Shown piece by piece: positions 1 through 12,267 of a stretch of DNA of 64,000 nucleotides. Made by a program: the position numbers and the translations under genes. The DNA is from Dendrobates tinctorius (Eukaryota), in NCBI RefSeq assembly GCF_039654945.1, contig NW_027361798.1:3720001-3784000 (forward strand), written 5' to 3'. Within the stretch, counting starts at the first letter, position 1. Each line of letters begins with the position of its first letter. The notes under the pieces are model-generated. The model was not told where the DNA came from. It saw only the letters and a program-made list of their open reading frames with translations, and searched no databases.

Positions 1-378
1 CTTGTCAGAGCAAATCTCCGCAGGCTTTCAGCAGATCAACTCCAGCATTCTGGAGGTGAAGACACTTCTGCAAACCATGCATTCAGAAGCAAGATCTTCG
101 CCAAACCACAACTTTTTCAGGTCTGTTGTGGAGCGCATGGCAACACTATCTCCTACCCAGCAGATGCATGTAATGCATTCATGCCACGGTGCTCTACAGC
201 AGGTTACCTCCCAACCTCCACCTCCCACCACTGTAGTTCCTCCACCTGCACCCCCTCCAGCCACTTTCCATCCTCCCCCTCCTATTACATCTGCACCCCC
301 TCCAGCCACTTTCCATCCTCCCCCTCCTATTACATCTGCACCCCCTCCAGCCACTTTCCATCCTCCCCCTCCTATTAC
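1..378 (+). pseudogene. Fragment resembling the C-terminus (BESS-like plus Pro-rich tail) of a Harbinger-type MADF/Myb partner gene
   Basis: ORF reads NHNFFRSVVERMATLSPTQQMHVMHSCHGALQ followed by a Pro-rich tail, the same layout as the end of the MADF gene at 37196-38183. Family assignment is inference. Confidence 0.4.
246..378 (+). repeat. 45-bp tandem repeat x3 (encodes APPPATFHPPPPITS)
   Basis: ctgcaccccctccagcc recurs at 246, 291 and 336. Confidence 0.95.
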
Positions 379-3330
379 GTCTCCGTCTCATCAGGAGATG
401 CTGTCTCTCCTTGTGATGCCAGAAGGTATCGACCAGGTCCTCCTAGGGGTTCCCTGGTTACGGGCCCACTCTCCCCACATAGACTGGTCCTCGGGGAAAA
501 TCCTCGCTTGGAGTAAATCCTGCGAGGGTAGGTGTCTGAGGGACTGCATTCTGGTCGCTACTTCTGAGGTTCCTGCAGATCTTTCCTCGCTTCCCAAGCC
601 ATATCGGCAGAATGCAGACGTTTTCTCCAAGAAGGCGGCGGAGATCCTTCCGCCGCACCGCCCTTACGACTGTCCTATTGACCTCTTGCCCGGCGCTGAG
701 CCTCCCGGGGTCGAGTATACCCCCTATCTCTCCCAGAGACAGAGGCCATGTCGCAGTATATCAGGAAGAATCTGGCAAGGGGATTCATTAGGAAGTCGGT
801 GTCCCCGGCGAGAGCGGGATTCTTCTTTGTCCAAAAGAAGAATGGGGAATTACGTCCGTGCATCGATTACAGGGGACTTAACGCCATAACCGTTAAGAAC
901 AAGTATCCTCTGCCCCTGATATCGGAACTATTTGATAGGCTACGGGGAGCGAGAGTGTTTACTAAGCTTGATCTGCGGGGAGCCTATAACCTGATTCGCA
1001 TCCGTGATGGGGACGAATGGAAGACGGCATTTAACACCAGAGATGGGCACTATGAATATCTGGTGATGCCCTTCGGGCTATGTAACGCCCCAGCCGTCTT
1101 CCAAGATTTAGTGAACGATATCTTCCGGGATATGCTTGCCACCTTGGTAGTAGTCTATCTGGATGATATTCTTATTTTTTCTCCAGATATTGACTCCCAC
1201 CGGAGAGATGTTCGCAAAGTTTTCGATCTCCTGCGGGCCAACTCCCTCTATGCCAAATTGGAGAAATGTGGGTTTGAGTCCTTGCCTTTCCTGGGTTACA
1301 TCATCTCAGCCCAGGGTTTGGCCATGGATCCTGCCAAGCTACAGGCGGTGATGGATTGGCAGGAACCCCATTCTCTCAAAGCGGTGCAGCGCTTTATGGG
1401 GTTCATAAATTACTATCGCCAATTCATTCCCCATTTCTCAACTTTGGTTGCACCCGTGGTAGCCCTCACCAAGAAGGGTGCGAACCCCAAACTGTGGTCG
1501 GAGACTGTCTCCAAGGCTTTCGCCTCCATTAAGTCCCATTTTGCTAGCGCTCCCATTCTACATCGCCCTGATGTAGATAAGCCATTCATTCTAGAAGTGG
1601 ATGCCTCCTCCGTCGGTGCTGGGGCGGTCCATTTCCAGAAGGACTCGCAAGGTCGGAAGCACCCATGCTTCTTCTTCTCCAAGACCTTCACACCGGCGGA
1701 GAGGAATTATTCCATCGGGGACAGAGAGTTGCTAGCAATGAAACTGGCCTTCTCAGAATGGAGACATCTCCTGGAGGGGGCTCGCCATCCTTTCCAGGTG
1801 TTCACCGATCACAAACATTTGGTCTATTTGCAGACGGCTCAGCGGCTGAATTCTCGTCAGGCCAGATGGTCCTTGTTCTTCTCCCGGTTCCATTTCACAC
1901 TACATTTTCTCTCCAGGGAGAAGAACGTCCGAGCCGATGCTCCTTCTCGCTCTGTGGTGTCATCAGAGGAGGAGGAGGAGCCTCACTGATAGTCCCATCG
2001 GAGAGCCTGAGGACCGTGGCTCTGGTTGCTCTTGAGTCTGTACCTCCGGGCAAGACTTTTGTCGCTGTCCATCTGCGACCGGAGGTCCTCTCGTGGGCTC
2101 ATTCGTCCACAGTGGGAGGTCATTTCAGGATCAAACTGAACTACTGGCGAGGACGTACTGGTGGCCGCATATGGCCCGTGACGTCAAGGGCTATATTCAG
2201 GCGTGCGTCTCTTGCGCCCAGAATCGGCCCTCTCGGCAGCGGCCCGCTGGGTTACTCTATCCTCTGCCGGTTGCGGACAGGCCCTGGGAGATGGTTGGTA
2301 TGGACTTTGTGGTGGGTCTGCCCAAGTCCAGTGGCAGCACCGTCATCTGGGTGATCACCGATCATTTCTCCAAGATGGTGCACCTAGTACCACTCTCTCG
2401 GTTACCGTCGGCACGAGGCCTAGCGGCATTGTTCATTAAATATGTTTTCCGCCTACACGGCATGCCGGATAAGATTGTCAGCGACCGGGGTCCCCAGTTT
2501 GCTTCTCGGTTCTGGAGAGAGCTCTGTTCTCTGCTCAGCATTGAGCTAAATCTCTCTTCGGCCTATCATCCCGAGACGAATGGGTTGGTGGAGAGAGCCA
2601 ACCAGACCCTGGTGACATATCTGCGACATTTTGTCTCAGCTAGGCAGGATGATTGGGCGTCCTTACTGCCGTGGGCGGAGTTCGCCTTGAACAACGCGGT
2701 AGCCGATTCCACCGGTCAGACCCCATTTCTCTTAAATTATGGTCAGCATCCGCGCGTCCCCGTGCCCATGCCCGTGTCATCCACCGACTCTAGGGTGGCA
2801 GACTGGGCGGTGGAAGCACGTAACATTTGGGACCACACGCAGGATGCTATCCGGGCCTCCAAGGAGAGAATGAGGTCCTCCGCTGATACCTGCCGGCGCC
2901 CTGCTTCTGACCTTTGCCCCTGGCGACTTAGTGTGGCTCTCTGCCCGTAACATCAGGCTGCGGGTGGAATCCGCTAAGTTCGCACCACGCTACATCGGTC
3001 CTTTCAAGGTCCTCGAGCAGATTAATCCTGTGGTCTACCGTCTAGCCCTTCCACCACACATGGCTATCTCGGACACGTTTCATGTGTCTCTCCTCAAGCC
3101 AGTTCACATGTCCCGGTTTTCTGAGCCAGCTGCCAGAACATCAGATCTGTCGTCTGACGAGTTTGAGGTCAATGCCATCGTGGGATGCAAGGTGATGCGG
3201 GGCAAAAAGTTTTACTTGGTGGATTGGAAGGGTCATGGTCCAGAGGCCCGGACCTGGTGGAGAATATCCACGCTCCTCTTCTCATTGCAGAGTTTGAGCG
3301 GAGCGAGGCTCAGAGAGGAGGGGGCCCTAG
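379..3330 (+). pseudogene. Gypsy pol (RT YLDD, RNase H, integrase, chromodomain), frameshifted
   Basis: ORFs 748-1989 (YLDD, DAS, TDH), 2093-2950 (CVSC, MDF, SDRG, ERAN) and 2931-3260 (GPF, YLVDWKG). Frameshifts near 710, 1985, 2140, 2910 and 3255. Confidence 0.92.
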
Positions 3331-3342
3331 GAGGGGGGGTAA

Positions 3343-3985
3343 TGTTAGGCGTCGGATTTCCGGCGCTGCACAGCGGGAATCCCAAGCCTTGCCTCTGACG
3401 GTCTCCCATTCCTTCCCAGCCGCAGAGGAGCTTGCTCAGCAAACTCGTCAGTCCCAGCGCTCTGTCCAGACCAGCTCCGTGGGTTTGCTTGCTGCTGCCG
3501 AGCTCTGTGAGCGAAAACAGGCTACGACATCTATTATTTGCGGTAGTGCGGCTCTAAGGCCTGTTTCACACTTCCGTTTTTGTGTCCGCCAAACGGATCC
3601 GTTTCCGTTTTTTTGACGGAAACTGATGCAAACGGATCCGTTTTTTAAAAACGGATCCGTTTTTTTGACGGATCCGCGGTAACCGTAATGGAAGTCTATG
3701 GGACAAAAAAAAACGGATCCTGCAAAAAATGGCGGATCCGTTTTTTTACGGAAAACAACGGATTTTGACGGATTTGAAAAAACGGAAGTGTGAAACAGGC
3801 CTAAGTTATAAGAGATCGCCTCGGTACACCTTGGGTGAGGTTAACCCCGTATGTGCCGTTATTGCACCGCCATATCGCGTCCGCCATTGCCGAGCAGCAG
3901 TTAACACCTCTGCACGGTGGACCTCGGGCTGCGAACGCACCTAAACACCATCTTATTATTTGGTGTGTTCCGCCAGCCCTTAACA
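3343..3985 (+). repeat. 3' LTR of Gypsy 1
   Basis: Starts TGTTA just after the PPT and ends TAACA; its 3' end is homologous to the LTR end at 23083-23160 (minus). Confidence 0.85.
3558..3801. mobile_element. Tourist-like PIF/Harbinger MITE inside the LTR
   Basis: TIR GGCCTGTTTCACACTTCCGTTTT at both ends, TAA TSD (3555-3557 and 3802-3804), internal ACGGATCCGT palindromes. Confidence 0.9.
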
Positions 3986-6900
3986 ATACTACTGATTACT
4001 CCATGGAGCTGTTTTCACATACCATGCTTGGATTATCAAGTGAAATGGTGAATTACCCAGGCCAAGATGAATCTGACATGGAGTGCACTGATGCACAGCC
4101 GCTGATGGATGATTCTGCTGGTACATTCACTCAGAGCACTACATTGTCCTCGCAGTGTACAGAGCCAGATTCTGACCCTGATGAGACTCAGGTGCCCCTT
4201 CCCGCACACTATACCACCATACACGGTGACACAGAGGAAGGTGCACATGACATTGAAGAGGAGGTGATGGATGACCCAGGTGTTGACCCAGATTGGCATC
4301 CATTGGGGGAAGAGGGTGCCGCTGCCAATAGCTCAGAAGAGGAGGAGGAGCATCCGCCGCAGACATCAACATCGCAACAGCTGTTATCTGGCAGGCCCGG
4401 AGCACTCCAAAGACAGGTTCCAAAAAACCGAAAAGTTGCTTGACTGCTTGGCCAGACGGTCAAAATAGCACAGCGTGCAAGGACGCAAAATGTCTTCCAT
4501 AGTAGAAAGAGTGCAGTGTGGCACTTTTTTGAACAAAATCCTCATGATCAGGCCAAGGTTACCTGTAAGAAGTGCGCAAAGACCTTTAGCCGAGGGAAAA
4601 ATCTGAAAAATTTGAATACCAGTTGCATGCTTAGACATTTAACCAGCATGCACTTGCAAGCGTGGACACAACACCAAACCTCAAGTACCTCATGTGCAAC
4701 TGATCACAACGAAGGTAGTCAGCAACGCTACATTGTTTCCCCCACTGTAAGCCCACCGGTTAGCACAGCAGCAAATGTTGAGGTGTTGATGCAAGGCCAC
4801 AGCAGTCAGGGAATCCCACTGTTATATCAACGAAAGACTGAATCTAGGACATCAGAAAGAACACCAACTCCATCACCATCATCAACCCTCTCTCAGTCCG
4901 CCCTGTCCACCGCTACTTCCACCATATGCAGCTCTCAAGTCCAGCTCACCCTCCCAGACACTATGAGTAGGTCAAGAAAGTACTCAGTCTCTCATCCACG
5001 TACACTGGGTTTGAACGCCCACATTGCCAAACTAATCTCGTTTGAGATGATGCCCTTTCGGTTGGTGGAAAGCGCAGCTTTCCGCGAACTCATGGCCTAT
5101 GCAGTACCACGCTATGACCTACCCAGTCGCCACTTCTTCTCTCGCAAAGCCATCCCAGCCCTCCACCATCATGTGAAAGACCGCATTGTCCATGCACTCA
5201 AGCAGTCAGTGAGCGGAAAGGTGCACCTCACAACTGATGCATGGTAAAGTCGGCATGGCCAGGGCCGTTACGTGTCCATCACTGCGCACTGGGTTAATGT
5301 GGTGGATGCAGGGTCCACAGGGGACAGCGGTGGTGGGACAGTGCTGCCTAGCCCACGGTATAGGAAACAGTTGGCTGTAGGCGTTCGACCCTCCTCCTCC
5401 TCCTCCAGAAGCGAAAGCTCGTCCACAGAGCGCAGTCGTACGAGCACTCCATCTGCAGCTGCCACTGTTGCACACGAGGTGTCCCCCTATCGAGCAGCTA
5501 GTGGAAAGTGTCAGCAGGCTGTGTTGCAGATGATGTGTTTGGGCGACAGACACACCGCCGAGGTGTTGGCCGAGTACTTTCAGCGACAAACTGAGTCATG
5601 GCTGGGCAGTGTACATCTTGAGGCAGGCAAGGTAGTTAGTGATAACGGCCGTAATTTTGTGGCAGCCATAGCCCTTTCAAAACTCAGCCACATACCTTGC
5701 TTGGCTCACACCTTGAACCTGGTGGTGCAGTGCTTCCTCAAAAATTATCCGGAGTTAACAGCCCTGCTCCAGAAGGTGCGAAGACTGTGCGCGCACATCC
5801 GCCGGTCGCCTGTACACTCCGTTCGTATGCAGAAGCTGCAGCGATTGCTCCACCTTCCCAACCACCGCCTCATTATCGACATTGCAACAAGGTGGAACTC
5901 CACCCTGCACATAGTGGAGCGGCTGTGCGAGCAGAGGCAGGCCATAATGCATTTGTGGGAGGATACACGGCCAGGCACTTTGAGAGCAGACATGGAGTTG
6001 ACCGGTGTGCAGTGGTCGAAGCTGAAAGACCTCTGTAAAGTCCTTCAGTGTTTTGAGGAATGCACACGGCTGGTAAGCGCAGACAACGCCATCCTAAGCA
6101 TGAGCATCCCACTTATGCGTCTGCTCATGCAAACTTTGATGCACCTTAAGGAGCAGGCGTCTGCAGCCAATGTTGATGAGGAGGAAGAGGAGGAGGGAAT
6201 CCTTGATGACATTCAGCCATTGTCTGCTCAGGGACCTCTCCTGGACGAGGTGGAGGAAGAAGAGGAGGAGGAGGAAGAGGATGATGGGGATGATTACTTA
6301 GGGGAGGAGGATGCATCTCGTGGGGCAAGTGAAAATGTTGGCGTGGCAAGGTCTGGTACAGGGCTTGTGCGTGACTGGAGGGATGTGGATTTGCCAGAAA
6401 GTGCTCCTCCAACCAGCACTCGCAGTGCATCATTGACAGCGGGAACACTGGCCCACATGTCAGATTATGCCTTGCAGATCCTAAAAAGGGACCCCCGCAT
6501 TGCCAAAATGATGAACGATGACGACTACTGGTTGGCCAGCATCCTGGATCCACGCTATAAAGGCAAATTACAAAACATCATGCCACAGGAGAACCTTGAC
6601 CTAATATTGGCTAATCATAGAATCATAGAATCGTAGAGTTGGAAGGGACCTCCTGGGCCATCTGGTCCATCCCCCTGCTCAAAGCAGGATTCGCTAAATC
6701 ATCCCAGTCAGATGTTTGTCCAGCCTCTGTTTGAAGACTTCCATTGAAGGAGAACTCACCACTTCTCGTGGCAGCTTGTTCCACTCATTGATCACTCTAA
6801 CTGTCAAAAAGTTTTTTCTAATATCTAATCTGTGTCTCCTCCCATTCAGTTTCATCCCATTGCTTCTAGTCTTTCCTTGTGCAAATGAGAATAAAGTTGA

Positions 6901-7863
6901 TCCTTCTACAATGTGACAGCCCTTTAGATATTTGTAGACAGCTATTAAGTCTCCTCTCAGTCTTCTCTTTTGCAAACTAAACATTCCCAAATCCTGCAAC
7001 CTTTCCTCATAAGACAGGGTTTGCAGACCGGTCACCATTCTGGTCGCTCTTTTCTGAACTTGCTCCAGTTTGTTGATGTCTTTTTTAAAATGTGGCGCCC
7101 AAAACTGGACACAATATTCCAGATGAGGTCTGACCAAAGAGGAGTAGAGGGAAATAATGACTTCACGTGATCTAGACTGTATGCTTCTGTTAATGCATCC
7201 TAGAATTGCATTTGCCTTTTTTGCTGCTGCATCACACTGTTGACTCATATTCAGTCTGTGATCTATTAGTATACCCAAGTCTTTTTCACATGTGCTGTCA
7301 CTTAGCCCTATTCCTCCCATTCTATATATGCAACTCTGGTAGATCGGTTGCTTGAGGCTTTCCCAGCACACAGCAGCGGTGATGGTTCTCACACGAGCCG
7401 TACGGGCCAGGGTCAGCTTGGCAGAGGTGTTCGTGGTGCACACAGCAGAAGTGACGTTGGAGACAGGGGTTTCATGACAATGTTGTGGACTGATTTTTCA
7501 AGTACCGCTCACACAACTGGTAATACTGCATCGATGGAAAGTGACAGGAGACAGCAGTTGTCAACTATGGTTACAAACTACTTTTCCTCCCATATCGATG
7601 TTCTCCCACACAGGTCATTCCCCTTTGACTATTGGGCCGCTAAACTGGACACCTGGCCTGAATTGGCACAATATGCCTTACAGGAGCTCGCTTGCCCAGC
7701 TGCAAGTGTGCTATCGGAAAGAGTCTTCAGTGCAGCTGCATCAATCCTGACAGAAAAAAGGACCCGTCTGTCAACCCAAAATGTGGATGATCTAACCTTC
7801 ATTAAAATGAACCACGCATGGGTTTCCAAGGATTTTGTCCCACCTTCCCCTGATGACACATAG
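3986..7863 (+). pseudogene. hAT-A BED-finger transposase, disrupted
   Basis: BED finger (WHFF..CKKC..MLRHL..H), TTDAW, SDNG, CLAH, TRWNS, SERVFS. In-frame stops including TAA 5245-5247; CR1 insertion at 6616-7329. Confidence 0.92.
6616..7329 (-). mobile_element. CR1 LINE 3' fragment
   Basis: RT C-terminus near-identical to 55975-56610; (ATTCTATG)n tail at the left end. Confidence 0.95.
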
Positions 7864-8283
7864 GGTGACAGAAAAATGGCTTGCTTTGGTCCAGCTCTTC
7901 CTGGGACTTGACCTATTTCACCTTTTGCATCAGCTGAATGTCCAACATCAACATATGCCACTTTCTAAAACTCCCTAACTGTGCTGCCTCCTCCCCCCAT
8001 GGCCGGGGTCACCACCTAGCGCACGACACCGTGCGAGTGCCGTTGCCCTGGACAGGTGGGTAGGCCGACTCTTGGGCGCGGGCACTGGCACAGGGTCCCT
8101 CATAGTGCAATCAAGTGTCTCTGACGGTGGTGGTGCACACCTGCCGTCAGACACACCGCCGTACTATGAGGGGCCCAGTGCCAGTACCGACGTCCACGAG
8201 TGGGCCCCCCTTGCTTGGGCAGGGCCCCAGCATTTGCAATCTTTACCTCTCCCTGCTCCTCCACTGTGTAGTCTGGGCCGTCA

Positions 8284-9258
8284 AATCCATACTGGGCCTA
8301 ACACCTTCTGAGCCTGCCTCCTGATGTATAGACATATATTTTGAATGTGTACGCTATCTATACATGTTATCCGGGGATACGGTACCCTTTCTCACCTTTG
8401 TGCAATCACGTGCAATCCATACTGGGCCTGACACCGTCTGAGCCTGCCTCCTGATGTATAGACATATATTTTGAAAGTGTACGCTATCCATACATGTTAT
8501 CTGGGGATACGGTACCCTTTCTAACCTTTGTGCAATCACGTGCAATCCATACTGGGCCTGACACCGTCTGAGCCTGCCTCCTGATGTATTGACATATATT
8601 TTGAATGTGTACGCTATCAATACATGTTATCCGGGGATACGGAACCCTTTCTCACCTTTGTGCAATCACGTGCAATCCATACTGGGCCTGACACCGTCTG
8701 AGCCTGCCTCCTGATGTATAGACATATATTTTGAATGTGTACGCTATCCATACATGTTATCTGGGGATACGGTACCCTTTCTAACCTTTGTACAATCACG
8801 TGCAATCCATACTGGGCCTGACACTGTCTGAGCCTGCCTCCTGATGTATTGACATATATTTTGAATGTGTACGCTATCAATACATGTTATCCGGGGATAC
8901 GGTACCCTTTCTCACCTTTGTGCAATCACGTGCAATCCATACTGGGCCTAACACCGTCTGAGCCTGCCTCCTGATGTATAGACATATATTTTGAATGTGT
9001 ACGCTATCCATACATGTTATCTGGGGATACGGAACCCTTTCTCACCTTTGTGCAATCACGTGCAATCCATACTGGGCCTAACACCGTCTGAGCCTGCCTC
9101 CTGATGTATAGACATATATTTTGAATGTGTACGCTATCCATACATGTTATCTGGGGATGCGGTACCCTTTCTCACCTTTGTGCAATCACGTGCAATCCAT
9201 ACTGGGCCTAACACCGTCTGAGCCTGCCTCCTGATGTATAGACATATATTTTGAATGT
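8284..9258 (+). repeat. 130-bp tandem repeat, ~7.5 copies, in hAT-A 3' region
   Basis: tactgggcc recurs at 8290, 8420, 8550, 8680, 8810, 8940, 9070 and 9200. Confidence 0.95.
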
Positions 9259-9496
9259 GTTTTGAATGTGATCAAACAGCAAATATATTTAACTGTTTGA
9301 AAGCTAGACAAAACTAGTAGGTGCAGGTCTGTAAGAACGGAACATGTCCTCCACTTATTCTCACAGAGTGACACACAGATAGCTTCACTGTGGCTGTGAT
9401 AACAGCCGTTACACGGTACTGTGTGAGGAGCGTACACTGCTGTATGGTGTGAAAAAATGCACGCTCAGCACCTCAGCAGGACAAAAAAAAAAATTG

Positions 9497-9905
9497 GGAT
9501 TGCTTTTAAAAAAGCAGTTTGCGGAACAGTGGGTAAACAGCAATGCAGCTGTCAGGAAGCCTTAGAAGGCAGCCTAACAACCAACACCGCTCATCCACCA
9601 CAATATAGCCTCCCCTTGCACTGCACACACAGTGACTGGTGTGTTGCACAGGCAAAATCGCTAGCAGCAGAAGCAGTTTTTTTGTCTTCTTCCCTGCCTA
9701 ACGCTCTCCCTACAGAATCAGCAGCAACCTCTCCCTATACAAAGATCGGCAGAAGTAAGATGGCGGTCGGCGTGCACGCCCTTTTATACCCCCTGTGACG
9801 CCCACCAAAGCAAGCCAATCACTTGCATGCCCTTCTGAAAGATGGTGGTGACCCGTGCCTATGTCATCACGTTGCCCACAGTGTCCGTGGATCCTGATTG
9901 GCTGA
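9497..9905 (-). promoter_or_regulatory. hAT-A right subterminal inverted copy of the left-end promoter-like region
   Basis: Reverse complement of 14321-14728; two CCAAT boxes, TATAAAAG and a YY1-like AAGATGGCGG. Confidence 0.7.
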
Positions 9906-10442
9906 AATAGAGCGCAAAACAAACTTTTGAAACGCGACTTTGGCGCGTAAGTCGCCGACCTCGTGGCCGACCTCATCCTAGGGTCGGGTTTCGTTTCATG
10001 AAACCCGACTTTGCCAAAAGTCCGGGACTTTTGAATTTTTTCAACCCGTTTCGCTCAACTCTAGTCAGCACTATGTTGGATTCTTGACTATTCGGGGCTG
10101 TATAGCAGTATAGAGGGCGCTTACGGCACTTTATGGAGATATACATGACTATATGGAGGTAATCGGCATTATAGTGAGGGTATTCAACCTTATCTATAGA
10201 TTATACAGATTTTTCTGGAATCCTTGCAGCATTATATGAGTATTCAGCACTAGATGGCAGTATACAGCATATGTGGCCTCTGTAGTGCTGTATACCGCCC
10301 AGTATGGAGTCAGCTGAGGATAAACGGGAATTCCACACTCCCTGGTGCTGCGGCCACTGGAGACAATCAGCGCTGGGATCTCCCAATATGTACGCCGCCT
10401 GGAGTCACTGAGAATACATCCAGTAACACCGACTATGAACCT

Positions 10443-11553
10443 GCACTAATAGAGGATTATACCCACTGTGCCAAGCACTAATAGAGGATTATACCCGCTG
10501 TGCCAGGCACTAATAGAGGATTATACCCACTGTGCCTCCAAGCACTAATAGAGGATTATACCCCCTGTGCCAAGCACTAATAGAGGATTATACCCACTGT
10601 GCCAAGCACTAATAGAGGATTATACCCACTGTGCCAAGCACTAATAGAGGATTATACCCACTGTGCCAAGCACTAATAGAGGATTATACCCACTGTGCCA
10701 ATCACTAATAGAGGATTATACCCGCTGTGCCAGGCACTAATAGAGGATTATACCCACTGTGCCTCCAAGCACTAATAGAGGATTATACCCCCTGTGCCAA
10801 GCACTAATAGAGGATTATACCCACTGTGCCAGGCACTAATAGAGGATTATACCCACTGTGCCAAGCACTAATAGAGGATTATACCCACTGTGCAAGGCAA
10901 TAATAGAGGCTTATACCCACTGTGCCAAGCACTAATAGAGGATTATACCCACTGTGCCAAGCAATAATAGATGATTATACCCACTGTGCCAAGCACTAAT
11001 AGAGGATTATACCCACTGTGCCTCCAAGCACTAATAGAGGATTATGTCCACTGTGCCAAGCACTAATAGAGGATTATACCCAATGTGCCAGGCACTAATA
11101 GGGGATTATACCCACTGTGCCAAGCACTAATAGATGATTATACCCACTGTGCCAAGCACTAATAGGGGATTATACCCACTGTGCCAAGCACTAATAGAGG
11201 TTTATACCCACTGTGCCAAGCACTAATAGAGGTTTATACCCACTGTGCCAAGCACTAATAGAGGGTTATACCCACTGGTCCTCCAAGCACTAATAGAGGA
11301 TTATACCCACTGTGCCTCCAAGCACTAATAAAGGATTATACCCCCTGTGCCAGGCATTAAGAGGATTATACCCCCTGTGCCAAACACTAATAGAGGATTA
11401 TACCCACTATGCCAAGCACTAATAGAGGATTATACCCACTGTGCCAAGCACTAATAGAGGATTATACCCACTGTGCCAAGCGCTAATGGGGGATTATACC
11501 CACTGTGCCAGGCACTAATAGAGGATTATACCCACTATGCCAGGCACTAATAG
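10443..11553 (+). repeat. 32-bp satellite array upstream of H4
   Basis: Monomer GAGGATTATACCCACTGTGCCAAGCACTAATA, ~34 copies. Confidence 0.97.
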
Positions 11554-11699
11554 CTCTCCGGTCAGGTGGAGGCGTCTGACTGATGATGATCTCCCAGAGA
11601 TTGATTTATTTCCAGGCCGGAATCTCACATTGTCAGTAATTTCTCGTTCCTCCAGCGGCGCTGACAGGACGAGGTTTGCGGAATTTTCTTGTTAGCATA

Positions 11700-11860
11700 A
11701 TACAGAGAAGCGAGAAATTCACATCACCAACTGTCCTGTGCTCAGCCAATCAGCGAGAAAGGGGAGGGGCTGAAAATGCCAATTCAGGACAACAAACATC
11801 TCCGGTACGCGTCATCACTGTGCAGTTCTCACTCCGGTCCGCCTAGCCTCCATATAAAGG
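11700..11860 (+). promoter_or_regulatory. Histone H4 promoter
   Basis: AGCCAATCAGC, GGGGAGGGGC GC box, GGTCCGCC (H4 site II-like), TATAAA at ~11853. Confidence 0.8.
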
Positions 11861-11904
11861 AGGACTCAACGCTGACCCCTCACAGTCGTCTGAAGATTTC
11901 CTGA

Positions 11905-12219
<315 letters not shown>

Positions 12220-12251
12220 TTGTATTCTCGTCTCTGTCCTGACAACCCAAA

Positions 12252-12267
12252 GGCTCTTCTCAGAGCC
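12252..12267 (+). terminator. Histone 3' stem-loop
   Basis: CCAAA-GGCTCT-TCTC-AGAGCC. Confidence 0.95.

Larger units (their letters stand above)
379..3985 (+). mobile_element. Gypsy/Ty3 chromovirus-like LTR retrotransposon, 5'-truncated, with 3' LTR
   Basis: Protease tail, RT, RNase H, integrase and chromodomain in order; polypurine tract ~3312-3339; LTR TGTTA...TAACA; hAT sequence resumes at 3986. Confidence 0.93.
3986..10063 (+). mobile_element. hAT family A copy 1 (5' part absent, right terminus intact)
   Basis: Near-identical to 15591-20211; ends ...TTTCGCTCAACTCTA at 10063, the same terminus as at 21058. Confidence 0.88.

Noticed and set aside
10443-11553. V(D)J RSS heptamer CACAGTG/CACTGTG in most satellite monomers
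   Set aside because: No ACAAAAACC-like nonamer at 12 or 23 bp and no Ig/TCR segments.
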